This document shows positions 17,326 to 25,489 of a stretch of DNA of 32,000 nucleotides, piece after piece (positions within the stretch are counted from its first letter, which is position 1; each line of letters opens with the position of its first letter). The stretch covers positions 990,001 through 1,022,000 of the forward strand of contig NC_004460.2 of the NCBI RefSeq assembly GCF_000039765.1. Direction: 5' to 3'. The notes under the pieces were generated by a model. It was not told where the DNA came from, made no database searches, and saw nothing but the letters and a program-made list of their open reading frames with translations. Source of the DNA: Vibrio vulnificus CMCP6. GTDB taxonomy: Bacteria; Pseudomonadota; Gammaproteobacteria; Enterobacterales; Vibrionaceae. Made by a program: the position numbers and the translations under genes.

Positions 17326-19476
17326 ATGAAGCAGAACAGTAAGTTACCCATCCTTGCTATTCTCCTAGTGACGCTAGGTAGCGCACTGTTTTTCCTTATC
17401 GCCGCCGCCTTTTTTTCCTATCAAAACATGACCAGCCAAGCGATGGCGCCGTATGTGTCGATCGTGAACAACAATTTAGGCGCAAAAACCAAGCTGCTGC
17501 ACATCAAAAGTTCGCTGCAAGATTTTTTAGTCGAACCGTCTGCTGCCAACTTGCAGAAAACGCAAATCCGTACACGCATTATGCGTGCGAGCATTGAAAA
17601 TGATCTGAGAAGTCACGCCACCATTGAGCTTCATTCTGATTACGGTGATTTTGCGCAACTGGATGCCATGACCCAAGGGCTACATCAATTGACCTCCCGA
17701 GTCGCCGCCTTAAAAGAGGTGACTTCAGCTGAAGCCGTGATGCCAAGTTTAATTAGCGAAATCGACGCGCTCTATGACCGCTGGAACACCTACACCTCTG
17801 AAGTTATTTTGCAGGTTGAACACAATCAGAGTGACTTCCTACTGACCCGAGAGCAGTTTTATCATCAACAGCATTGGTACTACTTGGCTATTCTCTTTGT
17901 TTCTATTTTGATCATTGCGCTAGTCTTCAAACTCTATATCGATCAAGTGCGGCTCACTCGTTTTACGCAACAGCAATCCCTCGATATGCAAGAAGCGAAG
18001 CGCGCCGCCGAGGCGAGTGCAGAAACCAAATCCAAATTTCTCGCCAACATTTCTCACGAAGTACGCACTCCACTGAATGCCATCATCGGTTTAAGCGACA
18101 CCGACCATTATCTCAATGCCAGCGAACAAATTCGCGAGTACATCGATCTGATCCATCGCTCGGGCAAACATCTGCTTGCTTTGATGAACGATATTTTGGA
18201 CATCAGCAAAATCGACTCTGGCAAGCTGACATTGGAACAAGTGGAATTCTCACTGAAAGACATTGTTGATGACACTCGCGTGTTGTTTCACGAGCGAACC
18301 CAGACACCGGGGGTAGAGAGCTTTATCATCACACCTCAAGATTGCGACATGATTTTCTACGGCGATCCACTGCGCCTGTTCCAAATCATCAGCAATCTCT
18401 GTTCAAACGCGATCAAATTCACTCATGAAGGGCAGATTAAAGTAGCGTTCACCGTGCAAAATCGTGGCCCTAACTCGGTGCTGCAAATCTGCGTGTCTGA
18501 CACTGGCATTGGCATTTCAGAAGCGCAGTTGCAAAAGGTGTTTGACGAGTTTGTCCAAGCCGACGATTCAACCACACGAAAATACGGCGGCACGGGGCTC
18601 GGGTTGGCGATTTGCCAAAAACTGACCAATCTCATGCAAGGCACATTACGCATAGAAAGCGAACTCAATCGAGGCACCCACGTGACCTTGTCCTTAACTC
18701 TGCCCCTATTGCATGCACCGCATTTTGAACCCAAACCACCATGTCCGAGTGATATTTTGGTCCATAATGATGGCAGTGAGTATTACAGCACTATCCAACA
18801 CGATGTGAACCGATTGGCTTTATTGGCGGATCATACCGAGTCTTATTTTGTGTATTACCATCACAATCAACGTCTTATCGCGAATATTCTTCCCACCTTA
18901 TACGAGGAGGCTGGGGGGCGAAAACTGCTGGTGATCACCGATATCGAACAGCAGCAGAATCTCGAAAGCAGTGCAAAAGTGGAGTACCTCAGTAAGCCGT
19001 ATGTTTCTTATCGAATGTATGAACTGCTCCTTGGCAAGCCTACCCCATCGTTAGCCACCATCACCATGCCTCACAAAACCTACTTGGATTTGCAGGTCTT
19101 GCTGGTAGAAGATGTTCATATTAATCAGTTGGTCGCGACGCACTTTCTGGCTCGCTTAGGCATTGTTCCCGATATGGCCAATAACGGTGAAGAAGCCTTA
19201 GCACGGATGAGAAAACAAGTCTACGACTTGGTGTTGATGGACATTCAAATGCCAGTGATGGATGGCTTGCAAGCGATGAAAGTGATTCAAGCAGAGCAAC
19301 TCGCCAAAGGGGCGATAATCATAGCGGTAACGGCAAACGTGTTTGAAGAGGATGAGAAAAAGTATCGACAGGCGGGTTTTGACGATATTCTCGCAAAACC
19401 CTTTAATGTTGACGCATTACAGAGCTTGATCGAAACTCATTGCCTCACAAACACAGTGAAAAGCCGCACAGTTTAA
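17326..19476 (+). CDS. Membrane hybrid sensor histidine kinase with C-terminal receiver domain
   Basis: TM-periplasmic loop-TM; H-box FLANISHEVRTPLNAIIGLS; N-box NLCSNAIKFT; G-boxes DTGIGIS and KYGGTGLGLAI; receiver VLLVEDVHINQ...YDLVLMDIQMPVMDGL...DDILAKPF. The ATG at 17326 follows GAGGAAATTA, so it is preferred over 17314. Confidence 0.93.
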   Translation: MKQNSKLPILAILLVTLGSALFFLIAAAFFSYQNMTSQAMAPYVSIVNNNLGAKTKLLHIKSSLQDFLVEPSAANLQKTQIRTRIMRASIENDLRSHATIELHSDYGDFAQLDAMTQGLHQLTSRVAALKEVTSAEAVMPSLISEIDALYDRWNTYTSEVILQVEHNQSDFLLTREQFYHQQHWYYLAILFVSILIIALVFKLYIDQVRLTRFTQQQSLDMQEAKRAAEASAETKSKFLANISHEVRTPLNAIIGLSDTDHYLNASEQIREYIDLIHRSGKHLLALMNDILDISKIDSGKLTLEQVEFSLKDIVDDTRVLFHERTQTPGVESFIITPQDCDMIFYGDPLRLFQIISNLCSNAIKFTHEGQIKVAFTVQNRGPNSVLQICVSDTGIGISEAQLQKVFDEFVQADDSTTRKYGGTGLGLAICQKLTNLMQGTLRIESELNRGTHVTLSLTLPLLHAPHFEPKPPCPSDILVHNDGSEYYSTIQHDVNRLALLADHTESYFVYYHHNQRLIANILPTLYEEAGGRKLLVITDIEQQQNLESSAKVEYLSKPYVSYRMYELLLGKPTPSLATITMPHKTYLDLQVLLVEDVHINQLVATHFLARLGIVPDMANNGEEALARMRKQVYDLVLMDIQMPVMDGLQAMKVIQAEQLAKGAIIIAVTANVFEEDEKKYRQAGFDDILAKPFNVDALQSLIETHCLTNTVKSRTV

Positions 19477-19562
19477 CAACAAACTTTTCGTCGTTTCGCC
19501 ATTTCTCTGTTTTTATAAGCCTTCGACTCTCTGTTATTACAGAGCTTGTAACAACCGCAGCA

Positions 19563-19976
19563 ATGAGTAAAAACATGCCCCCTGTACACCCATGCGTCTC
19601 CTTTTTATTCATCGATCAAGACAAGGTATTGCTTGAGCAACGTAGCAAAGAGAAATCTTGCGATCCCGATATGGTTGCCATTCCCGGCGGGCATATGGAA
19701 AAGGGAGAAAGCCAAACAGAGACTCTGCTAAGAGAGATCCGCGAAGAACTTGGCGTCGATGCGTTGACGTATCACTATCTCTGTTCGCTCTACCATCCAA
19801 CCTCTGAGCTTCAGCTGCTGCACTATTATGTGGTAACCCAATGGCAAGGTGAGATCCAAAGCCACGAAGCGGACACTGTCTTTTGGAGCAAGGTCACTGA
19901 CTTCGCCCCAGCGACCGAGGCAGATAAGACCGCACTTAAAGAACTACTTCGCTTACAAGCAGAGGGGTTGTTTTAG
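19563..19976 (+). CDS. NUDIX hydrolase
   Basis: Nudix box GGHMEKGESQTETLLREIREELGV. Homologous region begins near the MSKNMPPVHP start at 19563; the upstream 41 codons look spurious. Confidence 0.9.
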   Translation: MSKNMPPVHPCVSFLFIDQDKVLLEQRSKEKSCDPDMVAIPGGHMEKGESQTETLLREIREELGVDALTYHYLCSLYHPTSELQLLHYYVVTQWQGEIQSHEADTVFWSKVTDFAPATEADKTALKELLRLQAEGLF

Positions 19977-20164
19977 CTCGCATTGATACTCCGCATGCCG
20001 TGTGAGCGTCAAACGATGCGACATCACACCGTGACATAAAAACCACAAAAACAGACCAAAAGAATCATTTCCAAGTAAATATCAAAAACAGTGACACTTT
20101 CGAGCGAGAAAACTATCCTGAGGTTCTTACAATGGTTCTCATACACCATTAGGAGAACATCAGC

Positions 20165-20704
20165 ATGAAATACTCATCTATCGCACTACTACTGCTTAGC
20201 TCTGTTGCCGCATCCACCAGCTATGCTGGCGATTTTAGCCTCACTAGCCATGACATTATGGAAGGGCAACGTATGGCGAAAACTTTTGAATTTACAGGAT
20301 TCGGTTGTAGCGGCGATAACCTTTCCCCTCAACTGAGCTGGCAGAACGCGCCTAAAGGCACCAAAAGTTTTGCCATCACCGCGTACGACCCAGATGCCCC
20401 AACAGGCAGTGGTTGGTGGCATTGGTCTACCATTGACATCCCAGCCAATGTATCGGAATTACCGCGTGGCGTTGACCTTAAGAAAGTAGGCGCAACGGAG
20501 ATCCGTAACGACTATGGCGCAAAAGGATTCGGCGGCGTTTGTCCGCCAGAGGGTGATGGCATGCACCGCTATCAATTTACCGTTTGGGCATTACCTGAAG
20601 CCAAGTTAGACTTAGATAGCAACAGCTCACCCGCTCTAGTGGGTTTTATGCTCAACGCGATGGCGTTAGATAAAGCAACGTTAACCGCAACTTACGTTCG
20701 ATAA
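20165..20704 (+). CDS. Secreted YbhB/YbcL (PEBP / Raf-kinase-inhibitor-like) family protein
   Basis: Signal peptide MKYSSIALLLLSSVAASTSYA; GFGCSGDNLSPQLSWQNAPKGTKSFAITAYDPDAPTGSGWWHWSTIDIPANVSELPRG. Confidence 0.93.
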   Translation: MKYSSIALLLLSSVAASTSYAGDFSLTSHDIMEGQRMAKTFEFTGFGCSGDNLSPQLSWQNAPKGTKSFAITAYDPDAPTGSGWWHWSTIDIPANVSELPRGVDLKKVGATEIRNDYGAKGFGGVCPPEGDGMHRYQFTVWALPEAKLDLDSNSSPALVGFMLNAMALDKATLTATYVR

Positions 20705-20721
20705 TTCGTATGGGAGTGACA

Positions 20722-21516
20722 ATGAAATCATTGATGCAACTTGCCTACTACCGTGGTGTTCACACGCAAGCATTGCGCAATGTGGCGATTCTCACTCCCA
20801 GCATTATCCAAATTACCACTGGCAGTAAGCGCCTTTATTGGCAAGAAACCACCTTGGATATTGATGCTCACAGCCTGCTACTGTGCCGTGCCAACCACGC
20901 GCTCCATTTCGAGAATCTTCCTCAAGCAGGACAGTTTTCATCTCGCCAATTTTGTTTCTCTCTACCACCCACATCAGAAATGCTGTCGCTGAGTGAACGT
21001 AATGGCACGACAACGCCACATCTCACCCTTCATCACCCTGTGGTTCGCTGTGATAAAGCCCTCAACCATACGCTGAATTTGCTCGCCGGACTGCCGCTTG
21101 GCGATTTGAGTGCAGAGACACTCACGTTCTGGCTGTACGGCCTCTATCAGCAATTGGCAGAACGAGGGGTGCTGCATTTGATGTTTGCGCCACAAGGCCA
21201 AAGCTTTGAGCAAAAACTGAGCGAGTTTATTGCCCAACAGCCGAGTAAAGATCATCAAATTGAAGACGCTTGTCAGCACTTCGCCATCAGCAAAGCGACC
21301 TTGATCCGCCGCTTAAAAGAGGAAGGCACTCAATATCGTGAAGTGTTGTCAAAAGTACGGCTTAGCCATGCACTAAGCCTGATGCAGCAAGGCCATCGTA
21401 AAACCGCAGAGTTGTCATTGATGTGCGGATACCAATCGCCAGATAAATTCAGTCAACGCTTTCGCCAGCGCTTTGGACTCTCTCCGAGAGAGTATTGCAA
21501 AACACTGCCGAATTGA
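20722..21516 (+). CDS. AraC-family transcriptional regulator
   Basis: C-terminal double HTH: FAISKATLIRRLKEEGTQYREVLSKVRLSHALSLMQQGHRKTAELSLMCGYQSPDKFSQRFRQRFGLSPREYCK. The ATG at 20722 is preferred over 20710. Confidence 0.92.
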   Translation: MKSLMQLAYYRGVHTQALRNVAILTPSIIQITTGSKRLYWQETTLDIDAHSLLLCRANHALHFENLPQAGQFSSRQFCFSLPPTSEMLSLSERNGTTTPHLTLHHPVVRCDKALNHTLNLLAGLPLGDLSAETLTFWLYGLYQQLAERGVLHLMFAPQGQSFEQKLSEFIAQQPSKDHQIEDACQHFAISKATLIRRLKEEGTQYREVLSKVRLSHALSLMQQGHRKTAELSLMCGYQSPDKFSQRFRQRFGLSPREYCKTLPN

Positions 21517-21550
21517 GCACAGCGCCAGTTTGATCGTTTTCCGCCACGGT

Positions 21551-21584
21551 TCGTATGCAACAGCAAATCGTATACAACAGCAAA
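21551..21584 (+). repeat. 17-bp tandem direct repeat (TCGTATGCAACAGCAAA / TCGTATACAACAGCAAA) immediately upstream of the photolyase gene
   Basis: Units 21551-21567 and 21568-21584 agree at 16 of 17 positions. Confidence 0.9.
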
Positions 21585-21604
21585 AACACACTCGCGAGGA
21601 GAAG

Positions 21605-23155
21605 ATGACATTCACTCGGCTACGACTCATTTTAGGCGACCAACTTAATGCACAGCACTCTTGGTTCGATCACGTGAGCGATGACACCTTATATCTGATC
21701 ATCGAACTCAAACAAGAAACCGTTTATGTTCGCCATCACGTGCAAAAAGTGTGTGCTTTCTTTGCGGCAATGGCGCATTTTTCGCAGACTCTGCAACAAC
21801 AAGGTCATCTTGTCCGCTACATCGATCTTGATGAGTCGTGCCAACGAACCACACTGACTGAATGGATTACAGCTCTCTGCCAGCAACACCAAATTACTCA
21901 TTTTGAATATCAACGTCCTGACGAATATCGTCTTTTACAACAACTCCATAATCTATCCATACTAGGTACAACCATTACCTGTGTCGATAGCGAACACTTC
22001 ATTCTTCCTTTTGATGAAATCGAAGCGCGATTTGCCCAAGCGAAACCACCTTTGATGGAGCATTTTTACCGCCAGATGAGAAAGCAACACAACGTCTTGT
22101 TGGATGAGCAGAAAAAACCGTTGGGTGGAAAATGGAACTACGACGCCGACAATCGAAACAAACTCTCGGACAAGGATCGAGATGCACTCCCAACACCGCT
22201 GATGTTTGCCAATCCTGTTGACACCATTCTTCAGCGGCTAGAGCGACACCAGGTGGATTGTATTGGAGAAGCACAAACACCGCTACTCTGGCCAGTCAAT
22301 CGCTCACAAGCATTGACGTTACTGGCACACTTTTGCCAAATCTGCCTACCCTATTTTGGCCGATTTCAAGATGCCATGACCCACCAACATACGGCCTCTT
22401 GGAGCCTCTATCACAGCCGCCTCTCCTTTGCCTTAAACAGCAAATTGATCTCTCCTACAGAAGTGATCAACACCGCGATCTCGTCTTATCGACACAATCA
22501 AGACGGCATTTCTCTGGCGCAAATAGAGGGGTTTGTGCGACAGATATTAGGTTGGCGTGAGTATGTTCGCGGGATTTACTGGAGCCAGATGCCACACTAC
22601 GCCACACTCAATGCACTGCAAGCCAAGCGCACATTGCCCTCCTATTTTTGGACCGGTGAGACTAATATGGCTTGCATGCACGCAGCCATCTCACAATCAC
22701 TGACCTTTGCCTACGCACATCACATTCAGCGCCTGATGGTGACGGGTAATTTTGCACTACTTGCGGGTTGTGACCCTGACGAAGTGGAGCAATGGTATCT
22801 TGGCATCTATATCGATGCGATTGAGTGGGTAGAAATGCCCAATACAAGGGGGATGGCTTTGCACGCTGATGGCGGCATCGTGGGCACCAAGCCCTATGCT
22901 GCCAGCGGCGCTTACATCAATAAAATGAGTGATTACTGCAAACAGTGCCATTACCACGTCAAACAGCGCAGTGGCCAAGATGCTTGCCCCATGAATAGCC
23001 TTTATTGGCATTTCATCGACCGACATCAAAACCGCTTCTTGCGTAATCCTCGCATGGCTCTGATGGTGAAAAATTGGCAAAACCAAGCCGACGACGAGAA
23101 AGCGCGTATTCTTGCCACCGCAAACGCGTATTTAGAGCGTCTTGATAGCTTATAG
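21605..23155 (+). CDS. phrB: Iron-sulfur bacterial cryptochrome/photolyase, (6-4) photolyase type (COG3046)
   Basis: TRLRLILGDQLNAQHSWF start; REYVRGIYW; the four Cys expected for the FeS-BCP [4Fe-4S] cluster (NMAC; CKQC; DACPMN), with NSLYWHF. The N-terminal extension from 21473 is likely not translated. Confidence 0.88.
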   Translation: MTFTRLRLILGDQLNAQHSWFDHVSDDTLYLIIELKQETVYVRHHVQKVCAFFAAMAHFSQTLQQQGHLVRYIDLDESCQRTTLTEWITALCQQHQITHFEYQRPDEYRLLQQLHNLSILGTTITCVDSEHFILPFDEIEARFAQAKPPLMEHFYRQMRKQHNVLLDEQKKPLGGKWNYDADNRNKLSDKDRDALPTPLMFANPVDTILQRLERHQVDCIGEAQTPLLWPVNRSQALTLLAHFCQICLPYFGRFQDAMTHQHTASWSLYHSRLSFALNSKLISPTEVINTAISSYRHNQDGISLAQIEGFVRQILGWREYVRGIYWSQMPHYATLNALQAKRTLPSYFWTGETNMACMHAAISQSLTFAYAHHIQRLMVTGNFALLAGCDPDEVEQWYLGIYIDAIEWVEMPNTRGMALHADGGIVGTKPYAASGAYINKMSDYCKQCHYHVKQRSGQDACPMNSLYWHFIDRHQNRFLRNPRMALMVKNWQNQADDEKARILATANAYLERLDSL

Positions 23156-23617
23156 CTGGCTAACAATCGCGGTAAAATCCTCATCCTCTGGGTTTGTCAG
23201 TAACGATTCCCCCTGATGATTAGCCGCTTTTTCATCTTGGGGATTGCGTAAATTGCAGCTTTCAAGAGACAAACAACCACAGCCAATGCAACCACCCAAA
23301 TCGCTCTGCAACGCTTTCAGTTGCAAAATCCGATGCTCTAGCATTGCATGCCAGCCCGTTGCCATGGTTTCCCACTGCGCTTTTGTCGGCGCTTGATGCT
23401 TAGGGAGCCCTTCTAACGCTTGGGTAATCTCTTCTAGTGACAGCCCGACCTGCTGAGCCGCTTTGATCACCGCAATACGACGTAACACACTGCGATGATA
23501 GCGTCTTTGATTGCCTGGATTGCGCCAACTGGTGATCAGCCCTTTCTGTTCATAAAAGTGCAACGTCGACACTTTCACTCCCGATCGTTTCGCCACTTCA
23601 CCTACGCTGATGTCCAT
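23150..23617 (-). CDS. soxR: Redox-sensitive MerR-family transcriptional activator SoxR
   Basis: MerR HTH (SVGEVAKRSGVKVSTLHFYEQKGLI...NQRRYHRSVLRRIAVIKAAQQVGLSLEEI) and the SoxR [2Fe-2S] Cys motif CIGCGCLSLESC. Confidence 0.95.
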   Translation of the reverse strand: MDISVGEVAKRSGVKVSTLHFYEQKGLITSWRNPGNQRRYHRSVLRRIAVIKAAQQVGLSLEEITQALEGLPKHQAPTKAQWETMATGWHAMLEHRILQLKALQSDLGGCIGCGCLSLESCNLRNPQDEKAANHQGESLLTNPEDEDFTAIVSQL

Positions 23618-23674
23618 TTTGCTTCCTTGCGAGTTATGAGGCTGTCTCTTTGTCGAATTTGAGCAAAAAAACGC

Positions 23675-23705
23675 TTTACCTCAAGTTAAGTTGAGCTTTT
23701 AGAGT
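23675..23705 (+). promoter_or_regulatory. SoxR box within a 19-bp-spacer promoter of the MFS gene
   Basis: TTTACC (-35-like, 23675-23680), then CCTCAAGTTAAGTTGAGC (23679-23696), then TAGAGT (-10-like, 23700-23705). It closely resembles the SoxR operator CCTCAAGTTAACTTGAGG. Confidence 0.85.
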
Positions 23706-23739
23706 AGCAACAAATACGTCAGTCGACATGGAGAAAATA

Positions 23740-24951
23740 ATGAATATGCCACCTGCAACACGCAATCGGACCTTGCCTTACCTCACCGGCCTCTTTTTTG
23801 ATGGGATCTCATCGGGACTGTTTATGATGGCGTTGCCATGGATGATGCTACAAACACCCGACATGGGCACGTTTGTCGCACTAACCGCTCTTGTGTGTAC
23901 AGCGCTCTCTTTTGTGATCACCCCCTTTTTCGCTACGTTGATTGATCGCCACTCTCGCAAAACCATTCTACTCTTCAATCAATGGTTACAGGTGCTGACC
24001 GCACTCGTTGTTGCCCTAGCGAGCCAGTGGGGATGGCACTCCCCTTGGCTACTGGCAGGTGCACAACTGATCTTCTGGCTCTCAAGTAATTTGGCATGGA
24101 GCACCAATAACGCCTTTACTCAGGAAAATTATCAGCAGCACGAATACGCCAGCATTGCGGGAAAACAAGAAATTGTATTGCAAGCCACCACCCTGGGCGC
24201 CGGCGGCTTAGGGGTAGTGTTGCTAGAACATTGGGGATTGTTGGAATTTGCGCTGTTTGCCGCCAGTGCATCGTTTATCGCCGCCATTAGCTACACGTTA
24301 ACGCCTTATCACCGACAACTTCGCGCCGCAAAATCCGGTAAATTTTGGCATCAAGTGGTGGAGAGTCGCGTGATTTTCTCGGCGCAACCACGTTTCTTCG
24401 CCATCATTTTTCTCTCTTGCCTTTCCTATCCCATCGTCACCTATTTGGGTAAGTTGGTACCGATCTGGTTCGCGGAAAACCAAGTCGCAGGACATTGGTT
24501 CGCCAGCTACAGCATTGCTTTCGGCTTAGGCTCACTGCTCACGGGGTTGTCCATTCATCGATTATTGGCCAAAGGCAATTACCCAAAAACGTTATTATGG
24601 GCGATGGTGGCACTGACGTTTGCACTCGCGGGCATGGCACTCGCCACCACGCCTTTGGCGTTGATTGTACTGACGTTTCTTTTTGGGTTTTTCAATGCAC
24701 TCAACCGAATTACTCGCACGAACTGGATGCATCACACCGTGGCCATTGAACAGAGAGGGCGTGTTGACGGAGGGCTGGCCATGTTTTCAACATTGGTACA
24801 GAGCTTAAGTTACCTATTAATCGCGTTTTTGGCTCAGCAAGACCAAACGCAGCTGGGCTTCCTCGTTGCGACACTGGTCATGCTGGTTGCTTCTGTCTGT
24901 TTATTTGTGTTGACCAGTCGGCCTTTAACGCGAGAACTGGTGCACGAATAG
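23740..24951 (+). CDS. MFS transporter (likely SoxR-regulated efflux pump)
   Basis: About 400 aa with 12-TM-like hydrophobicity; loop 2-3 motif-A-like DRHSRKTILLFNQ. SD GGAG at 23730-23733 favours ATG 23740. Confidence 0.85.
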   Translation: MNMPPATRNRTLPYLTGLFFDGISSGLFMMALPWMMLQTPDMGTFVALTALVCTALSFVITPFFATLIDRHSRKTILLFNQWLQVLTALVVALASQWGWHSPWLLAGAQLIFWLSSNLAWSTNNAFTQENYQQHEYASIAGKQEIVLQATTLGAGGLGVVLLEHWGLLEFALFAASASFIAAISYTLTPYHRQLRAAKSGKFWHQVVESRVIFSAQPRFFAIIFLSCLSYPIVTYLGKLVPIWFAENQVAGHWFASYSIAFGLGSLLTGLSIHRLLAKGNYPKTLLWAMVALTFALAGMALATTPLALIVLTFLFGFFNALNRITRTNWMHHTVAIEQRGRVDGGLAMFSTLVQSLSYLLIAFLAQQDQTQLGFLVATLVMLVASVCLFVLTSRPLTRELVHE

Positions 24952-24981
24952 CAAAAAAGCCAACCTCAAACGAGGTTGGCG
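24952..24981 (-). terminator. Rho-independent terminator oriented on the - strand
   Basis: GCCAACCTC-(4 nt)-GAGGTTGGC with the T tract (TTTTTTG) only on the - strand side. Confidence 0.75.
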
Positions 24982-24985
24982 GAGC

Positions 24986-25240
24986 TTACCAGACAAAGCA
25001 AACAGGGGGAGAGTCAGGAGCTGGCAAGTTAAAACGCATGACTAAACGGCTGCTAATACCGTCGCACAACAAGCCATTAACTCGGAAATCTTCCGCTTTT
25101 TCCGCAATCCAAAGGTCAGCGAAGACGAGGTGATTCGACGCATTCTGTCCATTTCTGTCAGTCATTAACGTAAGAAAAGAGAATTCAATACCAACTTCGT
25201 TCCATTTCACCGTCAAAAACCGCCAACAGGCATAAAACAC
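24986..25240 (-). CDS. Hypothetical short ORF (84 aa), possibly real because it ends just before a - strand terminator
   Basis: ORF only, plus terminator position. No family recognised; it could instead be part of a non-coding transcript. Confidence 0.3.
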   Translation of the reverse strand: MFYACWRFLTVKWNEVGIEFSFLTLMTDRNGQNASNHLVFADLWIAEKAEDFRVNGLLCDGISSRLVMRFNLPAPDSPPVCFVW

Positions 25241-25489
25241 GCTATTCTCATAGTAAGTGTTTGGTTTAGAACTTTATACCAAGCTCTGTGCAAAAAACGG
25301 GCTCGCCTTTACAGAGCACATCCCCTTATAATTAGTGATAAAAACAACAATAAAATTCCCAAACCACGAGGAACGACGTACAGAAGGCAATAAGTAAACG
25401 TTCATGCTCAGCTGCGCATAGCACGCGACTCAACGTCAGTGGCTAAACGTGGACAGGGATATCGCTCATTGACGAAAAGGACACACAAT

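Noticed and set aside
19440-19562. 41-aa N-terminal extension of the NUDIX ORF overlapping the kinase gene
   Set aside because: Low-complexity hydrophobic translation of an overlap region. The MSKNM start at 19563 fits the NUDIX domain.
21473-21604. N-terminal 44-aa extension of the photolyase ORF overlapping the araC-type gene
   Set aside because: The conserved photolyase sequence begins at MTFTRLRLILGDQLN (21605), preceded by GAGGAGAAG. The extension spans the tandem repeat and has no family similarity I recognise.
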